A DNA stretch of 64,000 bases, taken from positions 2,987,266-3,051,265 of the forward strand of contig NW_003314261.1 in NCBI RefSeq assembly GCF_000143415.4. The letters run 5' to 3'. Positions within the stretch are counted from its first letter, which is position 1. Each line of letters begins with the position of its first letter. Made by a program: the position numbers and the translations under genes. Of the stretch, positions 1-11,891 are shown piece by piece. Under the pieces are notes generated by a model. That model searched no databases. It was not told the DNA's origin and saw only the letters and a list, made by a program, of their open reading frames with translations. This DNA comes from Selaginella moellendorffii. Taxonomy: Eukaryota > Plantae > Lycopodiophyta.

Positions 1-1087
1 CTTTCTATTGGCCGGAGATGCGATGTGATATTATCTGATATGTGCGTAGCTGCATTTGGTGCCAAGCTCGTAATACTCCCCCTTGTGCTACAAAAAAACA
101 GTTGGAGTCAATTGCAGTTTCCTGTCCGTTTGAGTTGGTGGTGTTTGATTTTATGGGACTTTTTCCACAGTCGACTGCTGGCAATGAATATGTTATTATT
201 GCTTCTGATTACTTGACTCATTGGGTGGAAGTTGGTGCTCTTGCTAGCGCCTCTACAACTGCTGTTGGATACTTCCTCCTCAATCGAGTGGTGTTCCAGC
301 ATTCTTGTCCAGAGCGGATTCTTTTGGATAATGATCCTGCATTTATGGCTGAGGCATTTCATGTTTTGAAGTCTCGGTTGGGGATATGCCACACTTTCAC
401 GAGTGCTTATCATCCACAATTAGACGGTCTAGTGGAACGGCTCGTTCGGACATTCAAAGGGATGATTGTGAAGTATATGAACTTTCAGCATTTGGATTGG
501 GATGGTTATTTGTCGTTTCTTCGGTATGCCTATATCACAGGGGTGTAGAGTTTTGTTGGTGCTTCACCGTATAAACTTCTATATGGTCATAATCTAATAT
601 TATCAATGGAGCTGAGTTTACCTTCGCAATTGCCACAAGCACCCGATGCTAAGTCATGGGATTAATATTTGATGAGCATTCTTCCACTTGTCCGAACAGA
701 GTTTGCCAAACACTTAGGCCGCGTACAAGTGGGACAACAACGGCGCTACAACTCCCATCATCATCCACTTGCAGAGTACAAAGTGGATGATTTAGTGTTT
801 ATCTAGTTTCCCTATCTTACGGTACGTGGTTTATCTAAGAGGCTCCTTGCGCAGTGGAAAGGACCGTATCGGGTGTTGTGGCAAGTTGAACCACAAGTTT
901 ATGAGGTTCGGCATGATGTCCAATAGGCCGATCCTTTGGAGATTATGCATGTGCAGCGGTTAAAACGCTTCATACAAAGGGATCAGGAGCAGTTCATACC
1001 ATCTATAGACCCGCCGATGCCTCCTCCTGACGTTCCTCCAGATCCCGGTCTGTCTACAAGAGAACCCTGATGGCCTTCCATTATTTC
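1..1087 (+). mobile_element. Degenerate Ty3/Gypsy LTR retrotransposon integrase (3' end of pol), cut by the window edge
   Basis: ORF 42-548 has the zinc-finger end CxxC, PFELVVFDFMG, the DDE core (ILLDND...AYHPQLDGLVER) and downstream WKGPYRV. Multiple in-frame stops after 546. Confidence 0.9.
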
Positions 1088-1277
1088 GAGAGGAGGGGAT
1101 GATGTGAGGGCCAAGTGTACGGCTACGATGCCGTATACTAATATTAGCGTAGTGGGATTTTAGTAGCTGTCGGATTGTTTTCAATCTGGACCACTCGCTT
1201 CTGTATATAAGCTAGGGTTTTTGGGCTAATTGATAGGCACATTTTTGTATTCCCTTTCCATATTCCATCCACTCACA
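1088..1277 (+). mobile_element. Polypurine tract plus 175-bp 3' LTR of the Gypsy element
   Basis: GAGAGGAGGGGATGA (1088-1102) directly precedes TGTGAG (1103). Inverted terminus CTCACA ends at 1277. TATATAA at about 1204. Confidence 0.75.
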
Positions 1278-1309
1278 GACTTAATTGATAGCAATATTTA
1301 TAATATATA

Positions 1310-1743
1310 TGTAAACTTTTGAATTTGGACTTTCTGAGGTTACTCAACCCAATATGTCGTAAGACCTTTAACGAAAGTTAAGAGTTTTAACTTTATTGAC
1401 ACCCTACCCCTAACTAATTGAAAATTCTTAAAAGGTCACTCAATCTAGTATATCCTAAGACCTTTAATGAAAATTAAGAGTTATAGCTCTCTTGACACCC
1501 CTCAAGTCAAGCCCAATTAGAGAAAATTAGACCATCAAATATTAATTTTAACATACAGTGTAATTCTTTTAACCAACTAACAAAATTGATTCCCTTAACC
1601 AACCAACAAAATCAAACTCAAGACCCCTCTGATACCAAATATAAACTCTTGAATTTAAACTTTTCAGAAAGTCACCCAATTTAGTATTATTTAAACCAAA
1701 GACATTTAACCCTAACTATCCCAAAACCTTTAACCAATTAAAC
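1310..1743 (-). mobile_element. TRIM-like miniature LTR element (two LTR copies, tRNA-Met PBS, PPT, about 140-bp internal region)
   Basis: Minus strand: PBS TGGTATCAGAG (1637-1627). PPT ACTTGAGGGG (1507-1498) abuts TGTCAAG...TTTACA (LTR 1497-1310). A second decayed LTR copy begins at 1640; its far end is uncertain. Confidence 0.6.
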
Positions 1744-1768
1744 AAATGGATGCACTCTTATTCATAGG

Positions 1769-2900
1769 TGTAGCACACCTGAATTTGGAGCTGAACTCCA
1801 AACCCATTGCATTGCATAATAAGGGTCTAATATAATCCTATGAGCACCGACTCCCCATATGTAGCACTTACATGCAAAATGGTATCAGATGATGTCTGGA
1901 ACAATTTTGGTATATCGGTGGCTTAACATGAGGAGAAGGGTACCCTGCATTCCAACCATTATCCCTACTATACATTTGAAACCCCCCATAATTTCTATAT
2001 TCCGTAGATATGCTAAATTAGCAAATTTAGATACTTTCCATAATTAGCTAATGAAATGAAATGAGACCAATATAAAAGGCATGATAATGAAGGTGTTTGG
2101 CAAACAAAATAAGCTATCATGTAACAATATTAATGGACTAAACTCTATTACCAATTCTTATATTTAGCTAAATTTCTTCCGTGGGAATCCTGGGGATGAC
2201 ATGTACTATTTGTTTGATCAATTCATGATAGTTGCTATATATCATTCTTAGGATGATGCTTAGTGTCTATATAAATTCCTCATATATCTCCAAGAGACAA
2301 TGTTACAATGGTATAATAGTTTAACTAAAACCTTCTCCCAAATGTCTTTAACATATTTGGACATATTAACAATTATAACAATGTTTTCTATCAATTGCAT
2401 CATTTCTAGCAAGGGCTATTTGAGTCAGTTATGCAATTTGATATTCATTTCCTAAGTCTTTTACTTAATGTGGAGTCAAATATGTTCAAATAGATCAAAT
2501 TGGGTATATTGTGGCTAATACTTCATCAAAATTTTATGAAACTTATGCATGTACTTATTCTAGCCACCTTTGATGATGCTCTTTAATTGGCACAATATTT
2601 TGAGATATTACCTCTCCCACTTGTAGTTATACATATTTTTCCTATAGGAGACAATCTTGTTTTAATAGAGGTTAATGTTGTTATTGTCTATATTCAAGGA
2701 CAAGGATATGGTCATGGCCATGATGTTCATTATTTTACCTATGATGAGGTTAGCCACATGTATTTGTGTTATTAGCATTTTCTGGTTTGACATCCTCCAT
2801 TTCTTAAGTGGAGACTTTGGCATCAACAATATATTGTTGGTGTTACTTCAGTAAAAGGTCTTAACACGAAGATTTTTTTAGTAAATAAAAAGTCATGTAA
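1769..2900 (+). mobile_element. Decayed LTR element: short 5' LTR, tRNA-Met PBS and gag remnant
   Basis: TGTAGCAC at 1769 and TGGTATCAGA at 1880-1889. Fragmentary gag-like peptides FFRGNPGDD (about 2173) and FLIYLQETMLQWYNSL (about 2275), with many stops. Confidence 0.5.
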
Positions 2901-4117
2901 GTAATAGAGAGACCTTGTGTGAATAAGTTAATAACCCCTCTATCCTTTTTTCAAGAATACCATCAAATGATTCACTTGACACAAATTCATCCAATATTTA
3001 TTTTTCAAGTTTAGTTTTATATTAAAAATTCCCTTGTTATCTTTTTTGTATTGGTTGATATAAGTTTTAGTTTATCTTCTATTGCTTAATTTGTTAAAAT
3101 ATATTGTTATTTACATTTATATCATGCAATAGAGCCAATCTTCATTCTCTATAACAATGGTTGTACACATATATATGTACAATATGAGGTAGATCTAGTT
3201 GTGTATATAGGTAATCTCAAAGTTGAGCTTTAATCATTACAAGCGGTGTCAAGTCAAGTTTTTGACTTCATACTTAATATAAATCAATTATAACACAATT
3301 ATGTCAAGTATGAATTTGAAGTTTTTCCCAATTATTTTATACTCTTTTATATCTCTTCAATTCGTCTCACTTTTGTTCTATTTCATCTTTTTACTTTTAC
3401 TTTTATCACTTTTATCTCTCTACCCTTTTATTCATCTTTTCCCTTTTAAAATCCTTTAAATAGTCTTTATACTACAATGGTGAATTGGCTCAAGTAGGAA
3501 TATATTAATCTCTTCAACTTTGACCTATTGTTTGAAACCAAAATTGCAATGTATCATCTTATTCTGCTTATTCGATCAAGGTTGTTGTTTAGTGTTGGTG
3601 AGTGAGATTTGGTGTCTCACTTTTAAAGACTTAAGTGTTTCCAAGTTGTTATTTCTAGTGCAGTACCTGAATCCTATCACTTGGTTAAGCTTATAGAGAT
3701 CCAATTTCAAGCACTGCCTTCTTTACATGTCACTCAAGCTGCCCAAGATGCTTAAGTCACCTATATATCCACTCCTTCCTCTTTACAACTGTTGACATGT
3801 TATATGCCTACTACTGCACTTCCTACCATGAGCCCTTCTAGTGACAATTAACAACCCTACTCCTCTTAGAGTGAGATAATTTAACTTTGCCCTTGCCTTT
3901 TTCAAGCATGCTTAAGGCAATTGAAATCTAGTATGTGAATCTTTTCTATTTTACCCAGTTTGCTGCTCATGAGTAAGATTTTCTTTGTGAGAGCCAACTA
4001 ATGCAAAGGCTAAGCATTCCTGCATCTCCAACTCTCACAACTTTATTCCAGCTTCTAGATTTCCAAGAGCAAGTCATTGGCTCGCTGCTTTGCAAGTACA
4101 TAAGCCCACAACCATTG

Positions 4118-4280
4118 GGAGGGTACTTGTACTCAAACCATATAAAAGACTATAGCATAGATTAACAATGGAAATAAAGAGTTCCAATGTTTTAAAGGGA
4201 ATGAGTAAGTGTTTCCCAGTTTTTATTTTCGTTGCTAATCTATGCTATAGTCTCTCATGGTTTGCATAGAAGTGCCCTCC
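4118..4280. mobile_element. MITE-like element with about 60-bp imperfect terminal inverted repeats
   Basis: Left arm GGAGGGTACTT...GACTATAGCATAGATTAACAATGGAAATAAA is the near reverse complement of right arm TTTATTTTCGTTGCTAATCTATGCTATAGTC...AAGTGCCCTCC. Confidence 0.65.
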
Positions 4281-4934
4281 TAGATTCAGAATGATCATAT
4301 ATAACCCACCCTCTGATCACCATGATTTTTCTCATAAGTCTCCCTTTAGAGGGTCCTTTTCTTAGGATTTGCCACCACATTATTCTTGCCCTACTAGAAT
4401 GGAGCTACATTTTGTTATCCTATCATCTTAACTTGGTGCCTAACACTCTAGAATGGATCACCTTTGTAGTGAAATCAAAATAGTCAAGTTTGACATGGGA
4501 AGCTAAAAGTTTCACAAAGTTTCTCATGTGCAGAGCCAGGAGCAAGATGGGAAGACTGACTTTGTGGCCAAGAATTGTTGCAGGATACCAATGCTATCTG
4601 AAAATGCGAGCAGAGATCCGAAATGGCATTGGATACATCAGCGTACTCAATGCTTTTAAAAAGCAGACTGAATGAACAGGGAAAAATGAAAATCGAAGAA
4701 GGTCCATATTCCTCACACGCAAAGACTTGGCGACCCTGGCTGCTCGTGGCGCTTAGCTTCTTCGTTGCATCGCAAAAGAACAGAGGGCAAGAAAATAATA
4801 TTCCCGTTGCGAAGGTAGAATATTCTATCTTGACCTAAAGCTCACGGGCGAGCTAATCTTGGTGGGCGCGAGCTAGGCGGCAGCGCCTGCGCGCGAAGAA
4901 TGTGACTGAATTTCGCGAGGGAGGGGGAGAAACC

Positions 4935-7518
4935 ATGGCACAGGTGAGGCGCTCCAAGCGGCAGAGAGTGGCGGTGGATTACGCGCGCCTGGACGAGACG
5001 GGCTTCGACGATTGCACCAGGGTTCAGTACAGGAAGCTGTCGCGGGCGGTGGCCAAGTGGGACGATGCTTCTCAAGGCGAGGCCGAGATCGGCAGCCAGG
5101 GAGGCGGAGGAGGAGGCGGAGGCGGAGGGGGCCAGACTCTCGCAGCCGCCGCCGTGCCCGTCGTGGAGGCCAAGGATTTGTCACACTATGTGCACTCCAC
5201 GGGCTTTAAGAACCCGTGTGTCGTGAGAGCTGTGGACGACGGTGCCTCTGCTCTTGGGCTAAGGTATGGATGCTTTCTTTTTCTTTGTTCTCGCTTACGT
5301 TTGCTAAATTCTTTTATCTCTTTCGCATTCCTGGTTGTTCTAGGCTCCCGGAGACACAATTGACTGTCGAGGATTTGGCTAAGCTGGTTGGCTTCGACCG
5401 GCAGATCGAAACTATAGATGTTACCACACAGGTATTCTTTTCTGCTTATCGTTCTTCTCACTTCTTCTTTGGGAATCAGGCTGAAGGTCCCGTGTATGCT
5501 ATGGAGGATTGGGTGTCGTATTTCTCGTCGCCAAATCCAAAGAAGCCTTTACTAAACGTTGTGTCACTGGATCTGGCGAACACTCCGCTCCAGAAAATGG
5601 TGAGGCCGTAAATTCCCTCACCTTGAGCTCAAAAGTCATTATTTTTTCAGAAGGATAACACGGCATGTTCCTGTATAGGTCAGTGCGCCTTCCTTAGTGA
5701 AAGAGCTGGACCTTGTGGAGAAGGCGTGGCCTCGTAACCAGAGTACCACCATTCCAGAGGTTTGCGACTTCGTCACTGTACGCATGGCTTTACTCAAACG
5801 TAGTCTACAAATAGGTCCAGCTTTATGCGATAATGAGCGTTGAGGGTTGCTTCATGGATTTTCATCTTGATTTTGGAGGGTCCTCGGTGTGGTACCATGT
5901 TATAAGGTAGGTGCTGGTATTGTCTTCTTTTATCTGTTTGTGTAAACGCTTGTTTTACAGTGGGAAAAAGACATTTTTGATGATCCCTCCAACAAAGGGA
6001 AATCTCATGCTTTTCGAAGAATGGTCTTCATCAGATAGGCAGGCAGGTATTTAGTTTTCGATGTTAGCATTGTTTTATGAGAAAAGCGGCCTTGCAGGCT
6101 AGCGTGTTCTTTGCAGAGCGAGCTAGCGGAGGCCAGAAAGTCGAGCTCTCGACTGGAGACACTCTCCTACTGTAAGCCGTTCTTCTATTCGCTAGTTTGC
6201 ACATCCATCTAACGTTTGTTTTGCTGCAGGCCTGGGGGCTGGCCGCATTGTGTTGTAACTCACTCCGACTCGATAGTTATTGGTGGAAATTTCCTGACAG
6301 GCTACAATCTGGGGCTTCAGCTCGATATATATCCTTTATCTTGTTCTTTGGATGACAGCGACAGATTCTTTTCCTTGACCTTACAATACTTGGCTGATGG
6401 AGGAGCGGCTCAAAGTTCGCCAAAAGTTTCGGTTTCCCTTCTATAAGCAGCTAATGTGGTATGTGATACTTCCATGGCAGATTTGTGTAGCTGATGTTTG
6501 AAATTATAGGTATACTGCAACTCGCTATTTACAGCTACTAAAAGATGACTCTGGCAAAGAAGAGGTTACTAGCTGGGAAAAGGAAGGTCTTCCGAAACTT
6601 GTAAGAGGTCTCAAGTTCTGGTTGCAGGTAAGATGGGTAGTGTTCATGCTTACGTTCTTACAAGACTCGTGTTTTCTTCAGTCTAAGGATGGCGGTGAGG
6701 TGCCTCCCGACATTTCTGACCCGGTTGAACTTTTGAAAGAACTCGAGAACATCTTAAAAGTGAAGGTAACAAACAAAGCGGCATTTTTATGGTGGCTCAC
6801 ATGCGTATGTGGCAGAAAAGCAGTTCGGATGTGGGTTTGACGAGCCCGACGGAAGGCGAGACAAGCGTAAGCGAAGGGATTCGACTTAATCTACTATAAT
6901 TCTTGCATATGTTTCAGGTGAAGCCAGAAAAGGTCGAAAATGAGGAAGAAGAGGCGGAGGAAGAGCAAGAGGACGATGAAGGAGAGGTAAGCTCATACTT
7001 TCTACATGTGGTAGTCACACACCTCTCGTGCCAATGCAGGTATTGTACGATGAAAACCGGAAGGATGACGACGAGGATTTCGACGTGGAAAAGGACGGAG
7101 ATGCGACCAGCAGCGACACTGACGAAGAGTTTGACGATGAATCAGAGTACTCAGAAGACAGTGATCGACCACGTCGGAAACCAAAGCCATACTCTCGAGG
7201 AGGACGAAAGGTAAAAGTCTCGATACTCTTCCCGCGCGTGTTTAGATATCACAAGAGCTCGAATTCCAGGAAGTAAAGTCGGCCTCGGTGTCGAAGCTAA
7301 TGCACGGAACGAAGCCATCGCCGGTGAAGAAAGCCTCAAACACCAAAGCCAACACGACCGTGAGGGAGCGATTGATGAAGAAGATCGGAGTAGATCCGAG
7401 GATGCCTTTCAATCCCAGGCAGCAAAAGCCGAGGCAGCGAGAAGAAAGCCCCCCTCCAGAGGAAGAAGAAGGCGATGAAGGAGACGAATTCGATGGGGAA
7501 GAAGCCGCGAGGATTTAA
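4935..7518 (+). CDS. JmjC-domain histone demethylase of the JHDM1/KDM2-KDM7(PHF8)/Jhd1 type, multi-exon, acidic/basic C-terminal tail
   Basis: Spliced product contains [86 protein letters not shown] and [13 protein letters not shown]. The HxD...H Fe triad is present. Confidence 0.88.
6329..6389 (+). other. U12-type (minor spliceosome) AT-AC intron in the JmjC gene
   Basis: 5' site ATATCCTTT (6329-6337), branch site TTCCTTGAC (6371-6379), 3' AC (6388-6389). Removing it restores LQLDIWLMEERL in frame. Confidence 0.9.
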
Positions 7519-7658
7519 GAGAATAAGAACCAGTCATATGCTTATGCTTCATTTGGATGTATAGAATGTATTCTATCGTCTGGACAATAGCTAGCTAGCC
7601 CGGTCGCGAGGTCGAATCTAGGGAGGCCGCGAGACCAAATATTTAGCCAGGTGGAAAG

Positions 7659-9181
7659 ATGGGAGACATGGCATTGAGGGTTTCGGTCCCTTGTGTGTCG
7701 CGGATCCACAGGGCGGCGCTAGCGTCTTCGTCTAATCGCTGCTCTTCTTCTCTTCAATCCACATCGCTGCATTCCAGCTGCGCGAGGATCGTCGGGCGCT
7801 GCATTGATCGAGCTCCCGCTGCTGGTATGGATTTTCTACTCCATCGGGCTTGGATTATCGATGGCTTTGGTGTTGCAGGTGGTTTCCGGCAGAGGATCAG
7901 AGGTATGGCGTCTACCGAAGCGGCGGAATTGGACACTGGAAAGGAGAGCGTTCTGGAATGGGCACAAAAGGATAATCGCCGCATGCTACATGTCGTGTAC
8001 CGTGTTGGCGATTTGGATAAGACGATCAAGTGAGTTCTTCGGTTGCTTTTTTTTTTTTTTTCTGTGGGATCATCTTTGCTTTTTGTCCTTAGATTTTACA
8101 CCGAGTGTCTTGGAATGAAGCTCTTGCGCAAGCGTGACATTCCCGAAGAGAGGTACACGAATGCTTTCCTGGGTTATGGACCCGAGGACAGTCACTTCGT
8201 CGTAGAGCTCACATACAGTAAGTTTATCTCAGACCTTTTCTCTCAATGCGCTGTTTTGATCAATTTCTTTTTGCAAGACTATGGAGTTGATAAGTACGAT
8301 ATTGGAACTGGATTTGGACATTTCGGGATTGCTGTCGAGGACGTGAGTGAGTTTGAGATTCATAGCTGTGAGCTCATATGAAACTACAGGTGTACAAAAC
8401 CGTGGATTTGGTTAAAGCCAAAGGTGGGAAAGTCTCGAGAGAGGCGGGTCCTGTCAAAGGAGGATCCACTGTGATAGCCTTTGTGGATGATCCCGATGGA
8501 TACAAGTTCGAGCTTATTCAGAGACCAGCGACCCCGGAGCCTCTGTGTCAAGTCATGCTGCGTGTTGGTGATCTCGATCGATCCATCAGCTTCTATGAGA
8601 AGGTATATCAACATGCTTAAGCCATTCGTGCCTTTCTGCATGGTCTTTTGTTCCAGGCGCTTGGAATGAAGCTCCTCCGCAAGCGTGACAATCCCGAGTA
8701 CAAGGTAAGCTTAAAGTTTCTCGCCTCATGCTTCTATGCTTGTCTCGTGCGCGAGTGTGCAGTACACGCTTGCGATGATGGGATACGCGGAGGAAGATAA
8801 GACCACTGTGATGGAGCTGACTTACAACTATGGTGTTACCGAGTACACCAAAGGAAATGCTTATGCCCAGGTTCGTGCATCACTCCATCTTTGGCCTTTA
8901 TAGTTTCTCGCTCTCTCTCTCTAGATTGCTATTGGCACGGATGATGTCTATAAAACTGCTGAAGCAGTCAAAGTTTCTGGTGGCAAGATTACTCGCCAGC
9001 CAGGCCCTCTTCCTGGCATCAGCACGAAAATCACAGCTTGCCTCGATCCGGATGGCTGGAAGACTGTAAGCTTTTCCTGATGCATTGTTTCTCGATCCAT
9101 CTCACACGACTATTTTGTTCCCTTTCCTTTATCCTTCAGGTCTTCGTTGATAACAAGGACTTTCTCAAGGAACTCGAATGA
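7659..9181 (+). CDS. GLX1: Glyoxalase I (lactoylglutathione lyase), two-domain Ni2+-type, N-terminal transit peptide
   Basis: [73 protein letters not shown] and C-terminal [13 protein letters not shown]. Confidence 0.95.
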
Positions 9182-9556
9182 ACTAGAACTGCAATTTTCA
9201 GTGCCTAATCGCTTTTAAAAAATTAAATATGAATTCCAGCCAAACCTGGTTTGTATACATCATTGTTCCTGCTCATGGAGCAGCTGTGAGGAGGCATCCT
9301 TGGTGGTTGTTCTCACCGCTATGACCACCAGGAGATTTGAGCACATATCCAAGCTTGTGCTTGGTTCAAGGATTATACCCCAATAAGAGCTTTGGGAACG
9401 AACCACACCTCACCTCCACAGTCCTCTTGACGATCTCATAAGCACCTCTTGGCGGTTGGCGCTGAGCAATATTGCGGATGAGGAGAAAAGTGGGTGAAAA
9501 AATTCTGATGCTGGATTGCCAGGCTGGGCTATGAGAAGAGTCATCCAGTGGCTCGC

Positions 9557-10314
9557 GAAAATCAGTGAAGTTTCGCCACGTGCTTAAACATAAAAAGAGG
9601 ACGTGAGTTGTTGATAATTTGGAAGAATAATTGTGAGAGGTGGACATGTCAATACAGTATAAACAGTTTATGCGACACCTTGTAATGATATTCTCAGTAA
9701 GTATGAAAATTAGTGAAGTTTCGCCACGTGCATAAACACTTAAAAGACGACGTGAGTTGTTGATAATTTGGCAGAATAATTTTGAGATACAGTATAAACA
9801 GTTTATGCGACACCTTGTATAAACAGTTTATGAATGAACGATTAAAGTTCAAACGATTTATCGGTCACCCTTTGTAAAGCTATTGACAAAATGGGAATAT
9901 AATGGAGTTAAAAGGTCGGATTTCTTGCCCGTTCTGCGTCTATCATTAACGTGAAGAAGCAAATTTGTTTCGATGCGGATTGCCGGGCTAGGTCAAACAC
10001 ACGTATAAAAGTACGGAAAATAGTTAAACATCTAAAAGAAGACGTGAGTTGCTGATAGATTAATGAGAGGTGGAGGACATCATTACTTTTAGTGTCAACG
10101 TCGAATGGTTATTATAATGTGCAAATTTCTTGAGCTTTTTATATTCTCAATCAAGACAAACGATTTATCGGTCAGAAATCTGTTTCTTTCTGCGAGGCTC
10201 GCCACAAAATGGGAATATATTTGACTACGTAAAATGGACGGTCGCAAGGTCAGATTTCCTGCCCGTTCTGCGTCGATCAATCAAGGTGAAGGAGCTGCTA
10301 GAATTTGTTTCGAT
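9557..10314. repeat. Two pairs of diverged direct repeats (about 120-160 bp) in the intergenic/promoter region
   Basis: Unit A at 9557 and 9705 (GAAAATYAGTGAAGTTTCGCCACGTG..., contains a G-box). Unit B at 9850 and 10157 (CAAACGATTTATCGGTCA...TTTGTTTCGAT). Confidence 0.8.
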
Positions 10315-10837
10315 CCAATCACGACCTTCGTCAAATTGTTCGCTTGGCACGGTGATCGAGAAAAGGCACAATCAGACGGCTACACGCTGATATTACGGTT
10401 AGGATTTCTGTGCCCCTAGAAACTTCTTGCTCGAAGGATAATAATGAATCAAGATATTCACAGCTGGGGGGTTTATACTCATTATTGTATTCTAAGTATA
10501 AAAGGTATACATCATTCTCTTCGTTTTTTCTCTCCCGGATCTCTTTCCTTCTGGTTTTCTTCGCTTGGCTATGGCTTTCGCTCGGCTCTTCCGTCCTTTC
10601 GTTTGTTCTTTCTCTGTTAGGAACTTCGGATCTCGTGGTCGTGGATGGGAAACAAGCTTCACTCGTTTGTTTTAATATGTCTTTGTTTCTTCTTCCTTTC
10701 TCATAGATCCTCTTTGCATTTCAGATGTGGAGCAGTCCGAGCACAGTGTGATCCTGGGGACAGGCCAAGACCAGAGGATCTGGCGTAGCCAGACCCTGGT
10801 CATTGCCCAACAAGCTCCAGCAGCTGACAACGAGAAC

Positions 10838-11663
10838 ATGGATGCTGGCGCTCCTCTTGCTGCTCACGGTGGCGCTCCTCCTGTTGCTAACGGTGGCGCT
10901 CCTCCTGCTGCTCAAGGAGGCGCTCCTCTTGCTGCTAACGGTGGCGCTTCTCCTGCTGCTCACGGTCCTGCTGCTGACGGTGGCGCTCCTCCTGCTGCTC
11001 ACGGTCCTGCTGCTGACGGTGGCGCACCTCCTGCTGCTCGGGACATGCCCTCGCCGTCGTCGGCCACCGCCGAACAAGCTGGATCCCCGATGTCTACGTG
11101 GGACTGGGACGCGTCTTCATCGTCGTCGGCCACCTCCGGGCAAGGTGGATCCCCAATGTCGTCGTGGGACTGGGACATTTCTTCGTCGTCGTCCTCGGCC
11201 ACCTCCGAGCAAGCTGGGCAAGCTGCTGGGTCACCAATGTCGTCCTGGGACACGCCCTCGCCATCGTCGGCCTCATCCGGGCAAGATTCACAGATGTCTT
11301 TGAGGGACGCGCCTCCGCCGTCGTGGGGATCTCCTGTGTCGGTTAGTTGTTCTTTCTCTGTAATGTCACTGGAAATTCTTGTTTTCTTATTAGGAAACCG
11401 ATTCTTGGTCACCTGGCGTGGGCAACGGCGAACCGGGCGGTGGGAACGGACCCAACAATCGCGGACCCGACGGTGTGGACGGACCCGACGGTGCTGGCGG
11501 GGCGGAGGGACCGAACAACGGCGCGGGCGGCGGAAATAGTAGCAACGGTGCGCGCAATGGCAACGGTGGTGGCGGCAATGGTGGGAATGGTGGTGGCGGC
11601 GGACTCGGCGGGGGTGGTGGCGACAGCGAGACTTACGTGGACCCGGAATGGCTCAACTACTGA
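10838..11663 (+). CDS. Orphan low-complexity, repeat-built protein (Ala/Gly/Pro repeats, SPMSxWD repeats, Gly/Asn tail)
   Basis: ORF 10727-11341 joins in frame to 11394-11663 through a phase-0 GT-AG intron (11342-11393). First ATG at 10838; true start uncertain. Confidence 0.55.
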
Positions 11664-11891
11664 TAATTCGTGTTTTGTAAACTTTTTTGCTCGAAATGAG
11701 AATCGACGTCGTTCCAGCCATGGTAGCCGGGCATAGACGGTTTTGCTGGGCTGGGCCGAGGTGCGTATCATCAGGCACTGGGCTCCAGCCGGCACGATAT
11801 ATCCGCTGGTGTCGTGTTCAAGTACTCTCCTCTCCACGGTTTCTACGCCATGCAAACATCGAAAAGTTCGGTCTAGCTTTTTGGAGTTACG

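Noticed and set aside
9270-9590. Stop-interrupted reading frame after glyoxalase I
   Set aside because: Looks like a gene fragment, but no family could be assigned.
10803-11303. Poly-Leu 166-aa ORF resembling a membrane protein
   Set aside because: Alternate frame of the GCT/CCT-rich tandem repeat. It lacks an early ATG context and does not splice to the downstream exon.
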